From Armatimonadota bacterium (GTDB taxonomy: Bacteria > Armatimonadota > SYMT01), in the NCBI GenBank assembly GCA_041690135.1, contig JAWLHY010000009.1, positions 224,001-288,000 of the forward strand: 64,000 bases of DNA, in the 5' to 3' direction. The notes beneath the pieces were generated by a model. It ran no database searches and was not told the DNA's origin. It saw only the letters and a program-made list of their open reading frames with translations. The position numbers and the translations under genes were made by a program. Shown here in pieces: positions 20,311 through 30,208 of this stretch (its first letter is position 1; each line of letters opens with the position of its first letter).

Positions 20311-21462
20311 ATGCGTATCCTGTTCCTTACCGACAAGTTCACCCCGGAGCGCGGCGGCAGCCAGATCATTTTCAACCACGTCTACGACCATCTCCCGGCG
20401 CATGAGGTAACGGTGCTGACGCGGAGTTGGCCGGGAGACCGCGAAGCTGACGCGAGCTACCGCCATCCGGTCGTGCGGGTGCCCTATTCCAACATTCCCA
20501 AGCTGCGGACGCCCCTGCTGTGGCTGTCCCTGTTGCGCGAAGGAAGGCGACTGATCCGCCGGCAGGGGTTCGACCTGATCGTTTCCGGCCAACCGGTGGA
20601 AACGGCTCCCTTCGGCGCCCGGTTGGCGCGGGAGTTTCACCTTCCCAGCCTGGTCCACACCTTTGCGGAGGACGTCACCTCGTTCCTTACCCACCCGATC
20701 CTGGGGCGGATGATGCGCGGGGCGCTCACCCAGGCGGGCGCGGTCACCACGATCAGCCACTTCACCCGCGATCATCTTCTGCGCCTGGGCGTCTCACCGG
20801 AACGCATCGTCTTGCTCTATCCGGGTGTCGTGCCGGAACGATGGCAGGACACGGGCCGTGCCGCGGAGATTCGCCGGCGGTACGAGCTGGAAGGCAAGCG
20901 GGTCGTTATCACCGTGAGTCGCCTTATCCCGCGCAAAGGTCACGACGTCGTGCTCCAGGCCCTTCCTCAAGTGTTGAAGAAGGTGCCGAATGCCGTCTAT
21001 CTCATCGTGGGGGATGGACCGCAGGAAGCCCACCTGCGCAGCCTCGCCGATTCGCTGGGGTTGCAGAACAGTGTGCGGTTCGCCGGCAGCATTCCCAACG
21101 CCGAGACGGTCGACTACTACCACGCCAGCGACGTCTTCGTGATGCCGAACCGGCGGATGTCCAATGGGGATATCGAGGGCTTTGGCCTCGTGTTCCTGGA
21201 AGCGAACGTGTGTGGCCTGCCGGTGATCGGGGGGCGTTCCGGCGGCGCCGTCGATGCCATCGAGCACGGACGGACCGGATTCCTGGTGGAGCCCACCTCG
21301 GTGGAAGAAGTGGCGGACCGCCTGATCGAACTCCTGACCCAGGAAGACCGCGCCCGGGAGATGGGGACCGTGGGACGCCAGCGGGTGCTGGACAACTTTA
21401 CCTGGAGCCGGAGCGGCACTGTTCTCGACCGGGCGGTCACGCTCGCCGCGGGACGGGCCTGA
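20311..21462 (+). CDS. Glycosyltransferase family 4 (PimB-like)
   Basis: PERGGSQ, SRLIPRKG, IEGFGLVFLEA. Confidence 0.92.
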   Translation: MRILFLTDKFTPERGGSQIIFNHVYDHLPAHEVTVLTRSWPGDREADASYRHPVVRVPYSNIPKLRTPLLWLSLLREGRRLIRRQGFDLIVSGQPVETAPFGARLAREFHLPSLVHTFAEDVTSFLTHPILGRMMRGALTQAGAVTTISHFTRDHLLRLGVSPERIVLLYPGVVPERWQDTGRAAEIRRRYELEGKRVVITVSRLIPRKGHDVVLQALPQVLKKVPNAVYLIVGDGPQEAHLRSLADSLGLQNSVRFAGSIPNAETVDYYHASDVFVMPNRRMSNGDIEGFGLVFLEANVCGLPVIGGRSGGAVDAIEHGRTGFLVEPTSVEEVADRLIELLTQEDRAREMGTVGRQRVLDNFTWSRSGTVLDRAVTLAAGRA

Positions 21463-21469
21463 AACTACG

Positions 21470-22399
21470 ATGAGCGCTGCGCGAAAGACACGAGCCGAAT
21501 ACGTCAAGCATCGGAACGGCGACTCGCCGGCCCGCGTGACCGTAACGGAGGGGCGCGCGGTAAGCCCCGACGGGCCGCGCGTGAGCATCATCATCCCCAC
21601 CGCGGATGGCCAGCGCCATGGATACCTGGACGTGCTTCTGGAACAGATCGGCGAGCAGACGTTTCAGGACCTGGAGGTCATCCTGGTGACGGGCGACACC
21701 CGGCAGGGTCGCGCCATCAATCTTGGCGCCGAGCTGGCACGGGGAGAGTACCTGCTGACTTTCGATGACGATTCCCAACTCGGCATTGCTACCGTGATCC
21801 AGTGCCTGGTGGACGCGATGGACGCCGACGCCTCGATCGGCATGGCCGGGGTGGAGAACCGGGTGCCGAAAGACGCCCCCTGGCTGGTCCGCCGGCTGAT
21901 GCTGGAAGTGCCGCGGCGCTGTTCGCCCCCCGTAACTACGGTGACCGACAGCGATATGGCGGAGCATCCGTGCCTGATGATGCGAAAGTCGGTCTTTTAC
22001 CGGATCGGCGGCGAGCACGAGATCGTGCCGCGGGGACTGGACCCGTACCTTCGGCGAGAGTTCCGGGCCGCCGGCACCCGAGTCGTGGTGGTTCCCGGCG
22101 TCTGGATCCACCATCTTCCCCCGCCGAACCTCCGGGCGATCCTGCGCCAGTTCTACCGGAACGGGAAGATGTCCGCCCTGGTAAGCCGGCAGTTTCCCGA
22201 CCTGGCGCTCGACAACGCGCTGCAGCACGGGGAAGCGCAGATCCAGGCGCAGCCCCGCTGGTTCCGAGCCCTGAGGCATGCCGGCCGGATGGCGGGAGCA
22301 CTCTTCAGCATGAAGTGGATTTACCTGGCGACCACCGTCGCTTACGGGCTCGGCGTGCTGGCCGGCGGGCGCCAGGAAACGGGCAAGGCCACCAAATGA
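21470..22399 (+). CDS. Glycosyltransferase family 2
   Basis: VSIIIPT, AINLGA, LTFDDD. Confidence 0.82.
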   Translation: MSAARKTRAEYVKHRNGDSPARVTVTEGRAVSPDGPRVSIIIPTADGQRHGYLDVLLEQIGEQTFQDLEVILVTGDTRQGRAINLGAELARGEYLLTFDDDSQLGIATVIQCLVDAMDADASIGMAGVENRVPKDAPWLVRRLMLEVPRRCSPPVTTVTDSDMAEHPCLMMRKSVFYRIGGEHEIVPRGLDPYLRREFRAAGTRVVVVPGVWIHHLPPPNLRAILRQFYRNGKMSALVSRQFPDLALDNALQHGEAQIQAQPRWFRALRHAGRMAGALFSMKWIYLATTVAYGLGVLAGGRQETGKATK

Positions 22400-23085
22400 G
22401 ACAAGGATCTCCGGTGGCGCCCCGCGTGGTCGCCGTGCTTCCCGCCTTCAACGAGGCGGGGCATGTCGGTAAAGTGGTCCGCGCCGTGCGCCCCTACGTG
22501 GATGCGGTGGTAGTGGTGGACGACGGTTCCCGGGACACTACTTCGCAAGAGGCGCGCGAGGCGGGCGCCGTCGTGCTGCGTCACCTGGTGAACCGGGGCG
22601 CCGGCGGCAGTACGATGACGGGCCTGAAGGCGGCGGCCCGGCTCGGGGCCGAGATCGTCGTGACCCTGGATGCGGACGGCCAGCATTTGCCGGAGGAGAT
22701 TTCGCGGGTGATCGCGCCGATCGAGCGCGGTGAGGCGGATTTCGTCATCGGCTCGCGACTGCTGCAGCCGAAGGGGATGCCCCGCAGCCGCCTGCTGGCG
22801 AACCGGGTGGCGGACCTTTGCCTGCGCATCCTCTTCGGAGTCCAGGTCTGCGACAGTCAATCCGGATTCCGCGCGCAGAGCCGGCTGGTGATCGAGAACA
22901 TCGACGTGCGGACCAGCCGTTTTGAAACGATCAGCGAGATCGTGGTCGAGGTCGCGCGCCGGAAGTTCCGAGTGGCGCACGTTCCGATCACCGTTATCTA
23001 TACCGAATACTCCATGTCCAAGGGTCAGAACTTCTGGGTGGGGCTCCAGACCCTGGCGCGCCTGGTGATGCGGAAAGTCGGATGA
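22396..23085 (+). CDS. Polyprenol-phosphate glycosyltransferase (DPM1-like GT2)
   Basis: PAFNE, VDDGSRD, TLDADGQH, DSQSGFRA; paired with DUF2304. Confidence 0.9.
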   Translation: MRQGSPVAPRVVAVLPAFNEAGHVGKVVRAVRPYVDAVVVVDDGSRDTTSQEAREAGAVVLRHLVNRGAGGSTMTGLKAAARLGAEIVVTLDADGQHLPEEISRVIAPIERGEADFVIGSRLLQPKGMPRSRLLANRVADLCLRILFGVQVCDSQSGFRAQSRLVIENIDVRTSRFETISEIVVEVARRKFRVAHVPITVIYTEYSMSKGQNFWVGLQTLARLVMRKVG

Positions 23086-23459
23086 ACCCGATCCAGATCG
23101 CTCTTACGCTCTTTCTCGGAATTGCGATCACGCGCGTGGTTTCCGCCATTCGTGTGAACCAGATCAGCTGGCGGCGCGGTGTCCTCTGGATCGCGCTCTG
23201 GCTGACGGGCATTTTCGTGGTCTGGTTTCCGGACACCACCCTCGTCGTCGCGCAGATCGCTGGAGTGAAGCGCGGCGTCGATGCCGTGCTCTACGTCTCC
23301 GTGGCCCTGATGACCTACCTGATCTTCCGGCTTTATGCCGCCATCGAGAAGCAGGACCAGGTGATCACGCGCCTGGTGTCCGAACTGGCGCTCCGGGAAC
23401 TATCCGCCCCGACCAACCGGGGTGACGGTTCCGCCCCCTCCGCCCAGGGCGGCCGGTAG
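23082..23459 (+). CDS. DUF2304 family membrane protein
   Basis: WIALW, GVKRGVD, ITRLVSELAL; typical partner of DPM1-like GT2. Confidence 0.85.
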   Translation: MNPIQIALTLFLGIAITRVVSAIRVNQISWRRGVLWIALWLTGIFVVWFPDTTLVVAQIAGVKRGVDAVLYVSVALMTYLIFRLYAAIEKQDQVITRLVSELALRELSAPTNRGDGSAPSAQGGR

Positions 23460-23639
23460 TATTACAACGACGGCTTTAGGTTAGGCGGTTCAAACCGCAC
23501 GCTGAAACGGCACGAAGTCGCCACCACACCCACAAGTGGGTACCCGGGTGCCCGGCGCGGACTCGCCGCGCAAGTAGCGAGCTCGGCCGCAACCCAGCGA
23601 TTTCACGCACGCGTGATGGAACTTCATCGTTGTAGTATT
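23458..23639 (+). ncRNA. Putative ~180-nt structured element (cis-RNA or MITE)
   Basis: 13-bp closing stem with two G-U pairs, several internal hairpins; GTAGTATT occurs at both ends. Confidence 0.45.
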
Positions 23640-23700
23640 GGCTTGCGTCGGTTCGCGAATCCCTCCGAATAACCCTCGTCTTTGCGCTCACACCTCTCGG

Positions 23701-23739
23701 GGCGAAGGGCACCTCGCCCGGAACCGCCGATAATCCCAC
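23701..23739 (+). promoter_or_regulatory. Putative alternative-sigma promoter, copy 2 (GGCGAAGGG-N16-GCCGATAATCCCAC)
   Basis: Matches copy 1; directly before the asnB ATG, which has no SD (near-leaderless). Confidence 0.6.
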
Positions 23740-23746
23740 CCTGTAT

Positions 23747-25762
23747 ATGTGCGGAATCGCCGGTTTCATCCATTCAACTCCACAGCCGCGGGCGCAAGCG
23801 CTCCTGCAGCGCATGAACGACTCTCTGGTGCATCGCGGCCCGGACGATGCCGGCTTTTTCCTCACGCCGGAAGGAGCCCGCGGTCCCCAGGTCGGCATCG
23901 CCATGCGCCGCCTGGCCATCATCGACCTCGCAGGCGGCCACCAGCCAATCCCTAACGAGGATGAGAGCTGCTGGATCGTTTTCAACGGGGAGATCTACAA
24001 CCACCAGAAACTGCGAAACGAACTCGAGCGGTTGGGCCATGTCTACCGCACGCAATCCGATACGGAAACGATTCTGCACGCCTACGAGGAGTACGGAACG
24101 GAGTGCGTTTCCCACCTGCGCGGAATGTTCGCCTTCGCCATCTGGGATAGTCGCCGGCAGCGGGTGCTCATCGCGCGCGACCACGTGGGGATCAAACCCC
24201 TCTACTGGACGGAAATCGGCGGCCGATTCCTGTTCGGCTCCGAGATCAAGGCGCTCTTGCGCGATCCGGAGGTCCCCCGGCGGGTCAACCCGGAAGGCCT
24301 GCACCACTACCTGACGTACCTCTACGCGCCCGCGCCCGGCACGATGTTCGAAGGCATCCACCAGTTGCCTCCGGGGCACCGCCTGATCTGGGAAGCGGGC
24401 CGTGTCACCGTGGAAGAGTACTGGAGCGGGCCGCGCGCGATGCTGGAAGGCCCCGAAGGGCCGGAAGTGTCGCTGGAAGAGGCGTGGGAGGTGCTGCGGG
24501 AGTCGGTGGATGCGCACATGCTCAGCGAAGTGCCGCTGGGCGCCTTCCTCAGCGGCGGCCTGGACTCCACGGTGATTGTCGCCCTGATGCGGGAACTGTC
24601 CCCGCACCGGGTGAAGACCTTCTCGATCGGCTTCCGGAACGCGGGTATCTACGACGAGCAGCGGTATGCCCGGATGGTTGCAGACCACCTGGGTACGGAG
24701 CATCACGCGTTCGAGGTGGATGCGGACGACGTGAGCGTGCTTCCCGAGATCATCCGGCACCTGGACGAACCGCTGGCGGACGCCTCGGTCATTCCGAATT
24801 ACCTGGTGGCGCGCATGGCGCGGGAGCACGTTACGGTGGCCCTCACCGGCATCGGCGGCGATGAGCTGTTCGGCGGATACCGGCGCTACTTCGGCGACGA
24901 CCTGGCGCGCAAGTGGGAGCGGGTACCGCGGTTCGCGCGCAAGAACCTGCTGCTGCCGGCGCTCCGCCTGGTGCCGGCCACCGGCGATACCCGCATCGGC
25001 AATATGAGCCGCCTGGTGCAGAAGTTCCTGGAGCCGCTCGACCTGGCGCCCGAGGAACGGTACATCGCGTGGAACGCCTTCTTCTCGGAAGAAGCGAAGC
25101 GAGAACTTTACGGGCGGCCGAATGGACACGTCGCCCGCTCTTCGGCGGAGCCGATGCTCCCGCATTTTTCGCACGTGGGCCACCGCCGGTTTGCCGACCG
25201 GGCGATGTACCTGGATCTGAAGAGCTATCTCCCGGGCGATCCGCTCTTTCTCTCGGACCGGATGACCATGGCGCATTCGTTGGAGGGCCGGGTACCGCTG
25301 GTGGACGTGGACGTGATGGAGTTCGCGGCTCGAGTTCCCTTGAGCCAGAAGCTCCAGGGCCAGACGACGAAACTCCTGCTGCGCCGCCTGCTGGAGGGGC
25401 GCGTCCCCGAGGAAGTCATCTACCGGCCCAAGCAGGGTTTCGGCACCCCGATCGACGTCTGGTTCCGGGGTCGGCTGGCGCCGCTGGTCGATCAGATCCT
25501 CTCTCCTGAGGTCCTGCGCAGCCGGGGCTACTTCGATCCGGGTTATGTGAACTGGCTGCGCGCTCAGCAGGCCGCCGGCAAGCGGGACTTCAGCCAGCAT
25601 CTGTGGGCGCTGATCGTGTTCGAACTATGGCACCGGGCCTACATCGATGCCGATCTGAGCGATCGAAAAGGCCTGACTTTCGAGGACCTGGGGCTCTCCA
25701 TGACCGGGACAAAGACTGTTCCATCCGGGGAAGGCCAGAGCCTGGCCGGGAGCCGGAGGTGA
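23747..25762 (+). CDS. asnB: Asparagine synthase (glutamine-hydrolysing); likely glycan amidotransferase
   Basis: MCGIAG, HRGPD, RLAIID, FNGEIYN, LSGGLDS, GGDELFGGY, PKQGF. Confidence 0.95.
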   Translation: MCGIAGFIHSTPQPRAQALLQRMNDSLVHRGPDDAGFFLTPEGARGPQVGIAMRRLAIIDLAGGHQPIPNEDESCWIVFNGEIYNHQKLRNELERLGHVYRTQSDTETILHAYEEYGTECVSHLRGMFAFAIWDSRRQRVLIARDHVGIKPLYWTEIGGRFLFGSEIKALLRDPEVPRRVNPEGLHHYLTYLYAPAPGTMFEGIHQLPPGHRLIWEAGRVTVEEYWSGPRAMLEGPEGPEVSLEEAWEVLRESVDAHMLSEVPLGAFLSGGLDSTVIVALMRELSPHRVKTFSIGFRNAGIYDEQRYARMVADHLGTEHHAFEVDADDVSVLPEIIRHLDEPLADASVIPNYLVARMAREHVTVALTGIGGDELFGGYRRYFGDDLARKWERVPRFARKNLLLPALRLVPATGDTRIGNMSRLVQKFLEPLDLAPEERYIAWNAFFSEEAKRELYGRPNGHVARSSAEPMLPHFSHVGHRRFADRAMYLDLKSYLPGDPLFLSDRMTMAHSLEGRVPLVDVDVMEFAARVPLSQKLQGQTTKLLLRRLLEGRVPEEVIYRPKQGFGTPIDVWFRGRLAPLVDQILSPEVLRSRGYFDPGYVNWLRAQQAAGKRDFSQHLWALIVFELWHRAYIDADLSDRKGLTFEDLGLSMTGTKTVPSGEGQSLAGSRR

Positions 25763-25764
25763 GT

Positions 25765-27813
25765 ATGGGCACGCTGCTTCTCTCCATCGCTTCCGGCCTG
25801 GGGATCGCGACCGTCGTCCTGGCGGTCACGCTGGCCTTGGGCCTGGCACTCTGGTGGCGGTTCACGGGGCGAAGCCCTTCTCCCGCGGAATTGCTCGGTC
25901 CCGGGTTTCTTCTCGGCTGCATCGCCCTCACGACGCTCTCGGTGCTGATCATCGTGGCCCTTCCGGCTCATCCGCTCGCCGCCTGGGGTGCGATAGGGGC
26001 TGCGTTGCTTCTTGCCGCGGCTAGCCTCGCCCCGGAACGGGCCGCGGTGCGCGAGGCGCTGACCGGGATGTGCCAATCCGTGTCCACCGGCTTCCGCGCG
26101 CAGCCCGTGTGGTGGCTGGCCATACTGGGGCTGGCTGCGCTGGAATTCTTCGTCTGCCTGGCACCCAACACGGCGTGGGATGCCTATACCCTCCATTACG
26201 GCATCATCGAGAAGTTCTGGCGGACCGGCAGCCTCGCCCCGGAAGGCCTGGCTCCCCGCGAGTACATGCACCTGAATTCCGAGGTACTGTGTTCGATCTG
26301 GATGCTGGCGGCAGGCGAGCGGGCGGCAAACCTGATGTCGCTGCTGCAGGTGATCAGTCTCGGAGCGACCGTCTACCTGGGAATCAGCCGCTACACGGAA
26401 AGCTTCTGGGCGCGGCTCGGGGCCACGGTGGTGCTGGGCCTGCCGGTATCCGTCCACCAGTCGTCCGGGGGATGGGTAGACACCCTCCTCGTGCAGAGCG
26501 TGTTGCTCTGCTATCTCTGTTACGAGGTGGCTCCCCGTGAGGCACGTCCGCTGGGATGGGCCGTTTTCGCCGGGCTGTGCGGCGGTTATGCCTGGGGGGT
26601 CAAGCAAAGCGTCCCGGCGCTACTGGTTCCGCTGGCGCTGATCGCCGCATTCGACCTGCTGCGTCATCGCGACCGTCGTCTCCCGGCCCTGGTCATGGGG
26701 GCGGTTCTCGTCCTGGTGGCGGCCCCCTGGCTCTACCGCACGTGGACCGCGACCGGCAACCCGCTCTATCCGGCGTTTCCTTCCCTCAACCGCCTCACGC
26801 ACCGGTGGGACCTGGCGCATGCGGTGGGTTACCGGACGCCGTTGCCGTGGGGCTTCCTGCAGATGTTCCAGGTCCACTCGGGATCGCCATCCAAGTGGCT
26901 GGACGATGCGGTGCCTCCCTGGGTGATGCTCTACTTCCTCCTGGGTTTTCTCGTGCTGCTCCGCATGCGGGACTGGAAGGCCGCGCCGGGGCGCCTGTGG
27001 ACCGGGGTGCTCCTGGCCCTGGGCCCAACGTACTACTTCTTTTTCGGCAACTCCCGCTATGCCGTGTTCGCCTACATCTTTGGGGCGATCACCGCCTCGA
27101 TTACCTGCGGGCGAGCGTTCGGAAAGGCGACCGGTTTCCGCTGGGCCTGTGCCGGAGTCGGCGTCCTCAGCCTGCTCCTGGGTTCGGCGATAGCCGCGGG
27201 GCGAGCCTGGAACCGCCGGGATGTCCTGGTCGGCCGGGTGACTCCCCAGGCGTACGTGGCCGGCACCTATCCCCATCTCGCGCTGCTGGACCCCGTGCGG
27301 AGTGAAATCCAGCCGGGCCAGAAGGTCGTGATGTTCGACGGTCTCATCTATCGGAATGGAATGCCGACCGTGGACGCGGATCCCCGCTTCCCCGGCGCGC
27401 GCGTGGTGAACTGGCAGACCGAGACGGCCGAACGGGTCCTGGACAACTGTCGCGAGTTGAATGTCCGGTGGATCGTGGTCCCCTATGGCTATGCCCGGTT
27501 CAGCATGGGAGTGGGCTACTGGGCTTCTCAGAAGTCCGGCGCGGGCGCCGGCGAGCAGGAGCGGCTGATGGCTACCGTGCGGGAGACTTTCCCTGAGTGG
27601 GTTTGGAAGGAAGGGTCGCCGCTCTGGGTGGACCCCACCGTCGACTACTTCGCGGCCGTGGTGGAGCGCCTCAGCGAAATTCGCCCCTGGCTGCGGACGC
27701 GCGGTGTGGTTCCCGGATGGGTGCTTTATGAGCTTCGGGATGCGCCTGTGGAAGTTGCTGATTTCGATGAGGACCGTACCGTACCGGCGGGCAAAGGACA
27801 GGCGCAGTTCTGA
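25765..27813 (+). CDS. Multi-pass membrane protein, probable GT-C (ArnT/PMT-like) glycosyltransferase
   Basis: >12 TM segments, PNTAWDAYTLH loop, TGNPLYP, soluble C-terminal domain. Confidence 0.6.
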   Translation: MGTLLLSIASGLGIATVVLAVTLALGLALWWRFTGRSPSPAELLGPGFLLGCIALTTLSVLIIVALPAHPLAAWGAIGAALLLAAASLAPERAAVREALTGMCQSVSTGFRAQPVWWLAILGLAALEFFVCLAPNTAWDAYTLHYGIIEKFWRTGSLAPEGLAPREYMHLNSEVLCSIWMLAAGERAANLMSLLQVISLGATVYLGISRYTESFWARLGATVVLGLPVSVHQSSGGWVDTLLVQSVLLCYLCYEVAPREARPLGWAVFAGLCGGYAWGVKQSVPALLVPLALIAAFDLLRHRDRRLPALVMGAVLVLVAAPWLYRTWTATGNPLYPAFPSLNRLTHRWDLAHAVGYRTPLPWGFLQMFQVHSGSPSKWLDDAVPPWVMLYFLLGFLVLLRMRDWKAAPGRLWTGVLLALGPTYYFFFGNSRYAVFAYIFGAITASITCGRAFGKATGFRWACAGVGVLSLLLGSAIAAGRAWNRRDVLVGRVTPQAYVAGTYPHLALLDPVRSEIQPGQKVVMFDGLIYRNGMPTVDADPRFPGARVVNWQTETAERVLDNCRELNVRWIVVPYGYARFSMGVGYWASQKSGAGAGEQERLMATVRETFPEWVWKEGSPLWVDPTVDYFAAVVERLSEIRPWLRTRGVVPGWVLYELRDAPVEVADFDEDRTVPAGKGQAQF

Positions 27814-29135
27814 TGCAGACGGCAGAAGTCACCCCGCAGGGTGAAGAGAGAATGTCGCCTCCTGCTTCCCCGGGGAGTCGGACTGGGCGCCCGCTTAGCA
27901 TTCTCATGGTCGCGGACGTGGACCCCGTGCACGTGATCGGCGGGGGCGAGCGGATGCTCCACGAGCATTCGACCCGTCTCGCCGCGCGGGGCCATCGGGT
28001 GGTCGTGCTGACGCGTCGTGAATTGTCCGAGTACCCGGCGGAAGAGGTCCATCGAGGAGTTCGCGTCTTCCGGCATCCGGTGACGGAGGGGGGCTCCCTC
28101 ACCTTTATGCGAACGGTACTGCGGGAGTGTGGTCGGGCCTTTACACGCCTGGTGGCGCAGGAGCGGTTCGATGTGGTCAACGTCCACCAGCCGCTCGCCG
28201 GGGCCGGGGTGGCGAAGCTCGCCCAGAGCCGCGGCTTGCCGATTCTTTACACCTACCTCTCGCCCTGGGGGGACGAGTATCGCGTGCGCGCGGAACGCCA
28301 GGCGGCCCGCGCGTCGGGCGGTGGCGGGGCGGCCCGCAATGCCTGGGTGGCGCTCAACACCCGGGCCCGCGAATGGATGGAGCGATCGGTGCTCGGCCGC
28401 ACCGCCGAGATCATGGTCCTCTCCGAGTTCACCTCCAGCCAATTGCGCGACATTCACGGAATCCCTACCTCCCGTCCCCAACTCATCCCCGGCGGGGTCG
28501 ATACGGAGCGATTCCGACCGCCGGCGGACCGAGTGGCCCTCCGTCGCGAATTAGGCCTGCCGGAGGGTTTTCTCTTCCTTACCGTAAGGAACCTGGTTCC
28601 GCGGATGGGCCTGGACGCGCTGATCGCCGCGATGGCCGAGGTGGTGCGCAATCGTCCGGACGCACACCTGGCAATCGGCGGTTCGGGCGCACTGCGGGAG
28701 GTCCTGGAACAGCAGGTGCGCGCGCTGGGGCTGGAGCGGAACGTGACCTTCCTCGGCTTTATCCCCGAGGCGCGGCTGCCGGACTACTATGGCGCGGCCG
28801 ATCTCTTCGTGCTCCCGACTCGCACACTGGAAGGCTTCGGCCTGGTGACCGTGGAGGCGCTGGCGTGCGGCACTCCCGCCCTGGGCACCCCCATTGGGGG
28901 CACGCTCGAGATCCTGCGACCCTTTGGAACCGAGTGGCTCTTCCGGGGGATCGAAGCCGGCGAACTGGCGGAAGGGATGTTATCGCGCATCTCGCAAGTG
29001 GAAGGAGAGGCCGGCTTGCGGGACCGGTGCCGCCAGTACGTTCTCGACCACTACGCATGGGAGGTGATCATTCCCCGCGTGGAGAGCCTCATGGCCGCGA
29101 TGGTGAACGCGGAGAACGCCGGCCGCCGCGCGTGA
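27813..29135 (+). CDS. Glycosyltransferase family 4
   Basis: GGGER, PGGVDT, RNLVPRMG, LEGFGLVTVEALACG. Confidence 0.92.
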   Translation: MQTAEVTPQGEERMSPPASPGSRTGRPLSILMVADVDPVHVIGGGERMLHEHSTRLAARGHRVVVLTRRELSEYPAEEVHRGVRVFRHPVTEGGSLTFMRTVLRECGRAFTRLVAQERFDVVNVHQPLAGAGVAKLAQSRGLPILYTYLSPWGDEYRVRAERQAARASGGGGAARNAWVALNTRAREWMERSVLGRTAEIMVLSEFTSSQLRDIHGIPTSRPQLIPGGVDTERFRPPADRVALRRELGLPEGFLFLTVRNLVPRMGLDALIAAMAEVVRNRPDAHLAIGGSGALREVLEQQVRALGLERNVTFLGFIPEARLPDYYGAADLFVLPTRTLEGFGLVTVEALACGTPALGTPIGGTLEILRPFGTEWLFRGIEAGELAEGMLSRISQVEGEAGLRDRCRQYVLDHYAWEVIIPRVESLMAAMVNAENAGRRA

Positions 29136-29245
29136 AGCGTGGAGTCTAGCAACCGTCGAGCAGTTATGCTATATGCTGTCTCGGTTGGCTACCAGCAGAG
29201 AGGATGCGCGCCGCGACCAATGCGCGCCGGGGAAGACAGGAGCGT

Positions 29246-30172
29246 ATGAGAATCGTAGTTACGGGCGGTGGAGGCTTCATCGGCTCTACACTTTCCAGAC
29301 GGCTCCTGGCATCCGGGCACACCGTTACCGTCTTCGACAACATGTCCTCGGGGGAACGGGGCGAGCGGAACATGGAGGAGTTGCTGCGGAACGGAGCACG
29401 GGCCGTGCGCGGTGACATCCGCTGCTCCGATGCATTGGCCCCGGCTCTGGTAGGCGCCGAGGCCGTGGTGCACCTCGCCGCGATGGCTTCCGTGGCCGTG
29501 AGTGTTGCAGACCCCAAGGCGTGCTGGGAGATCAACGCGCTGGGCACCCGGACCGTGCTGGAGGCAGCCCGCCGGGCCGGCGTTCGCCGGCTGGTCTTCG
29601 CTTCCACGGCGGCGGTCTACGGGATGGAGCCGCGGTTGCCCTCCCGTGAAGACGATCCACTCGCGCCGGCATCCCCTTATGCGGAAGCCAAGATCGCCGC
29701 GGAAGAGGCCTGCCACCTGGCGCATGAAAGCGGCGACCTCGAGGCGGTAGTGCTCCGGTTCTTCAATGTTTACGGGGCCGGGCAGGACCCGCTTTCATCC
29801 TACTCGGGTGTGATCACCCGCTGGATGGAAGCGTTGCGCCAGAAAGCCGCCATTCAGGTCTATGGGGACGGCAGCCAGACGCGCGATTTTGTGCACGTTG
29901 AGGATGTAGCCGGAGCTATTGAGCTGGCACTGCAGGCGCAGCCCGCGCATCCGGGCCCGATGAACATCGGCTCCGGCATCGCCACCAGCCTGCTCGAACT
30001 GCTGCAGCATCTCGGTTCCGCCTACGGAACGAAGCCGGAAGTGCAGTTCCAGCCGTTTCGAGCGGGTGATGTGCTGCACTCGCGGGCCGACATCAGCCGG
30101 GCGGCCGAGCATCTCGGCTTCCGGCCGACGGTCAACCTGTCGGAGGGTCTGCGTTCGCTTTTCCAGCGGTAG
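29246..30172 (+). CDS. NAD-dependent epimerase (UDP-Glc/GlcNAc 4-epimerase-like)
   Basis: TGGGGFIG, YAEAK, RFFNVYG, YSGVI, GDGSQTRDF; AGGAG SD. Confidence 0.9.
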   Translation: MRIVVTGGGGFIGSTLSRRLLASGHTVTVFDNMSSGERGERNMEELLRNGARAVRGDIRCSDALAPALVGAEAVVHLAAMASVAVSVADPKACWEINALGTRTVLEAARRAGVRRLVFASTAAVYGMEPRLPSREDDPLAPASPYAEAKIAAEEACHLAHESGDLEAVVLRFFNVYGAGQDPLSSYSGVITRWMEALRQKAAIQVYGDGSQTRDFVHVEDVAGAIELALQAQPAHPGPMNIGSGIATSLLELLQHLGSAYGTKPEVQFQPFRAGDVLHSRADISRAAEHLGFRPTVNLSEGLRSLFQR

Positions 30173-30208
30173 CCTTTGCCTATCCCCGCCGGAGTTTTCA
30201 ACGAGCCC

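Noticed and set aside
23699-23740. c-di-AMP (ydaO) riboswitch resemblance (GGGGCGAA...CCGGAACCG)
   Set aside because: Lacks CAGCUAAC and correct spacing; better explained by the repeated promoter motif.
23774-25600. Long antisense and alternative-frame ORFs (e.g. 608 aa here, 657 aa at 39650-41623, 327 aa at 62969-63952)
   Set aside because: Shadow ORFs of high-GC genes; no motifs, and fully overlapping well-supported CDSs.
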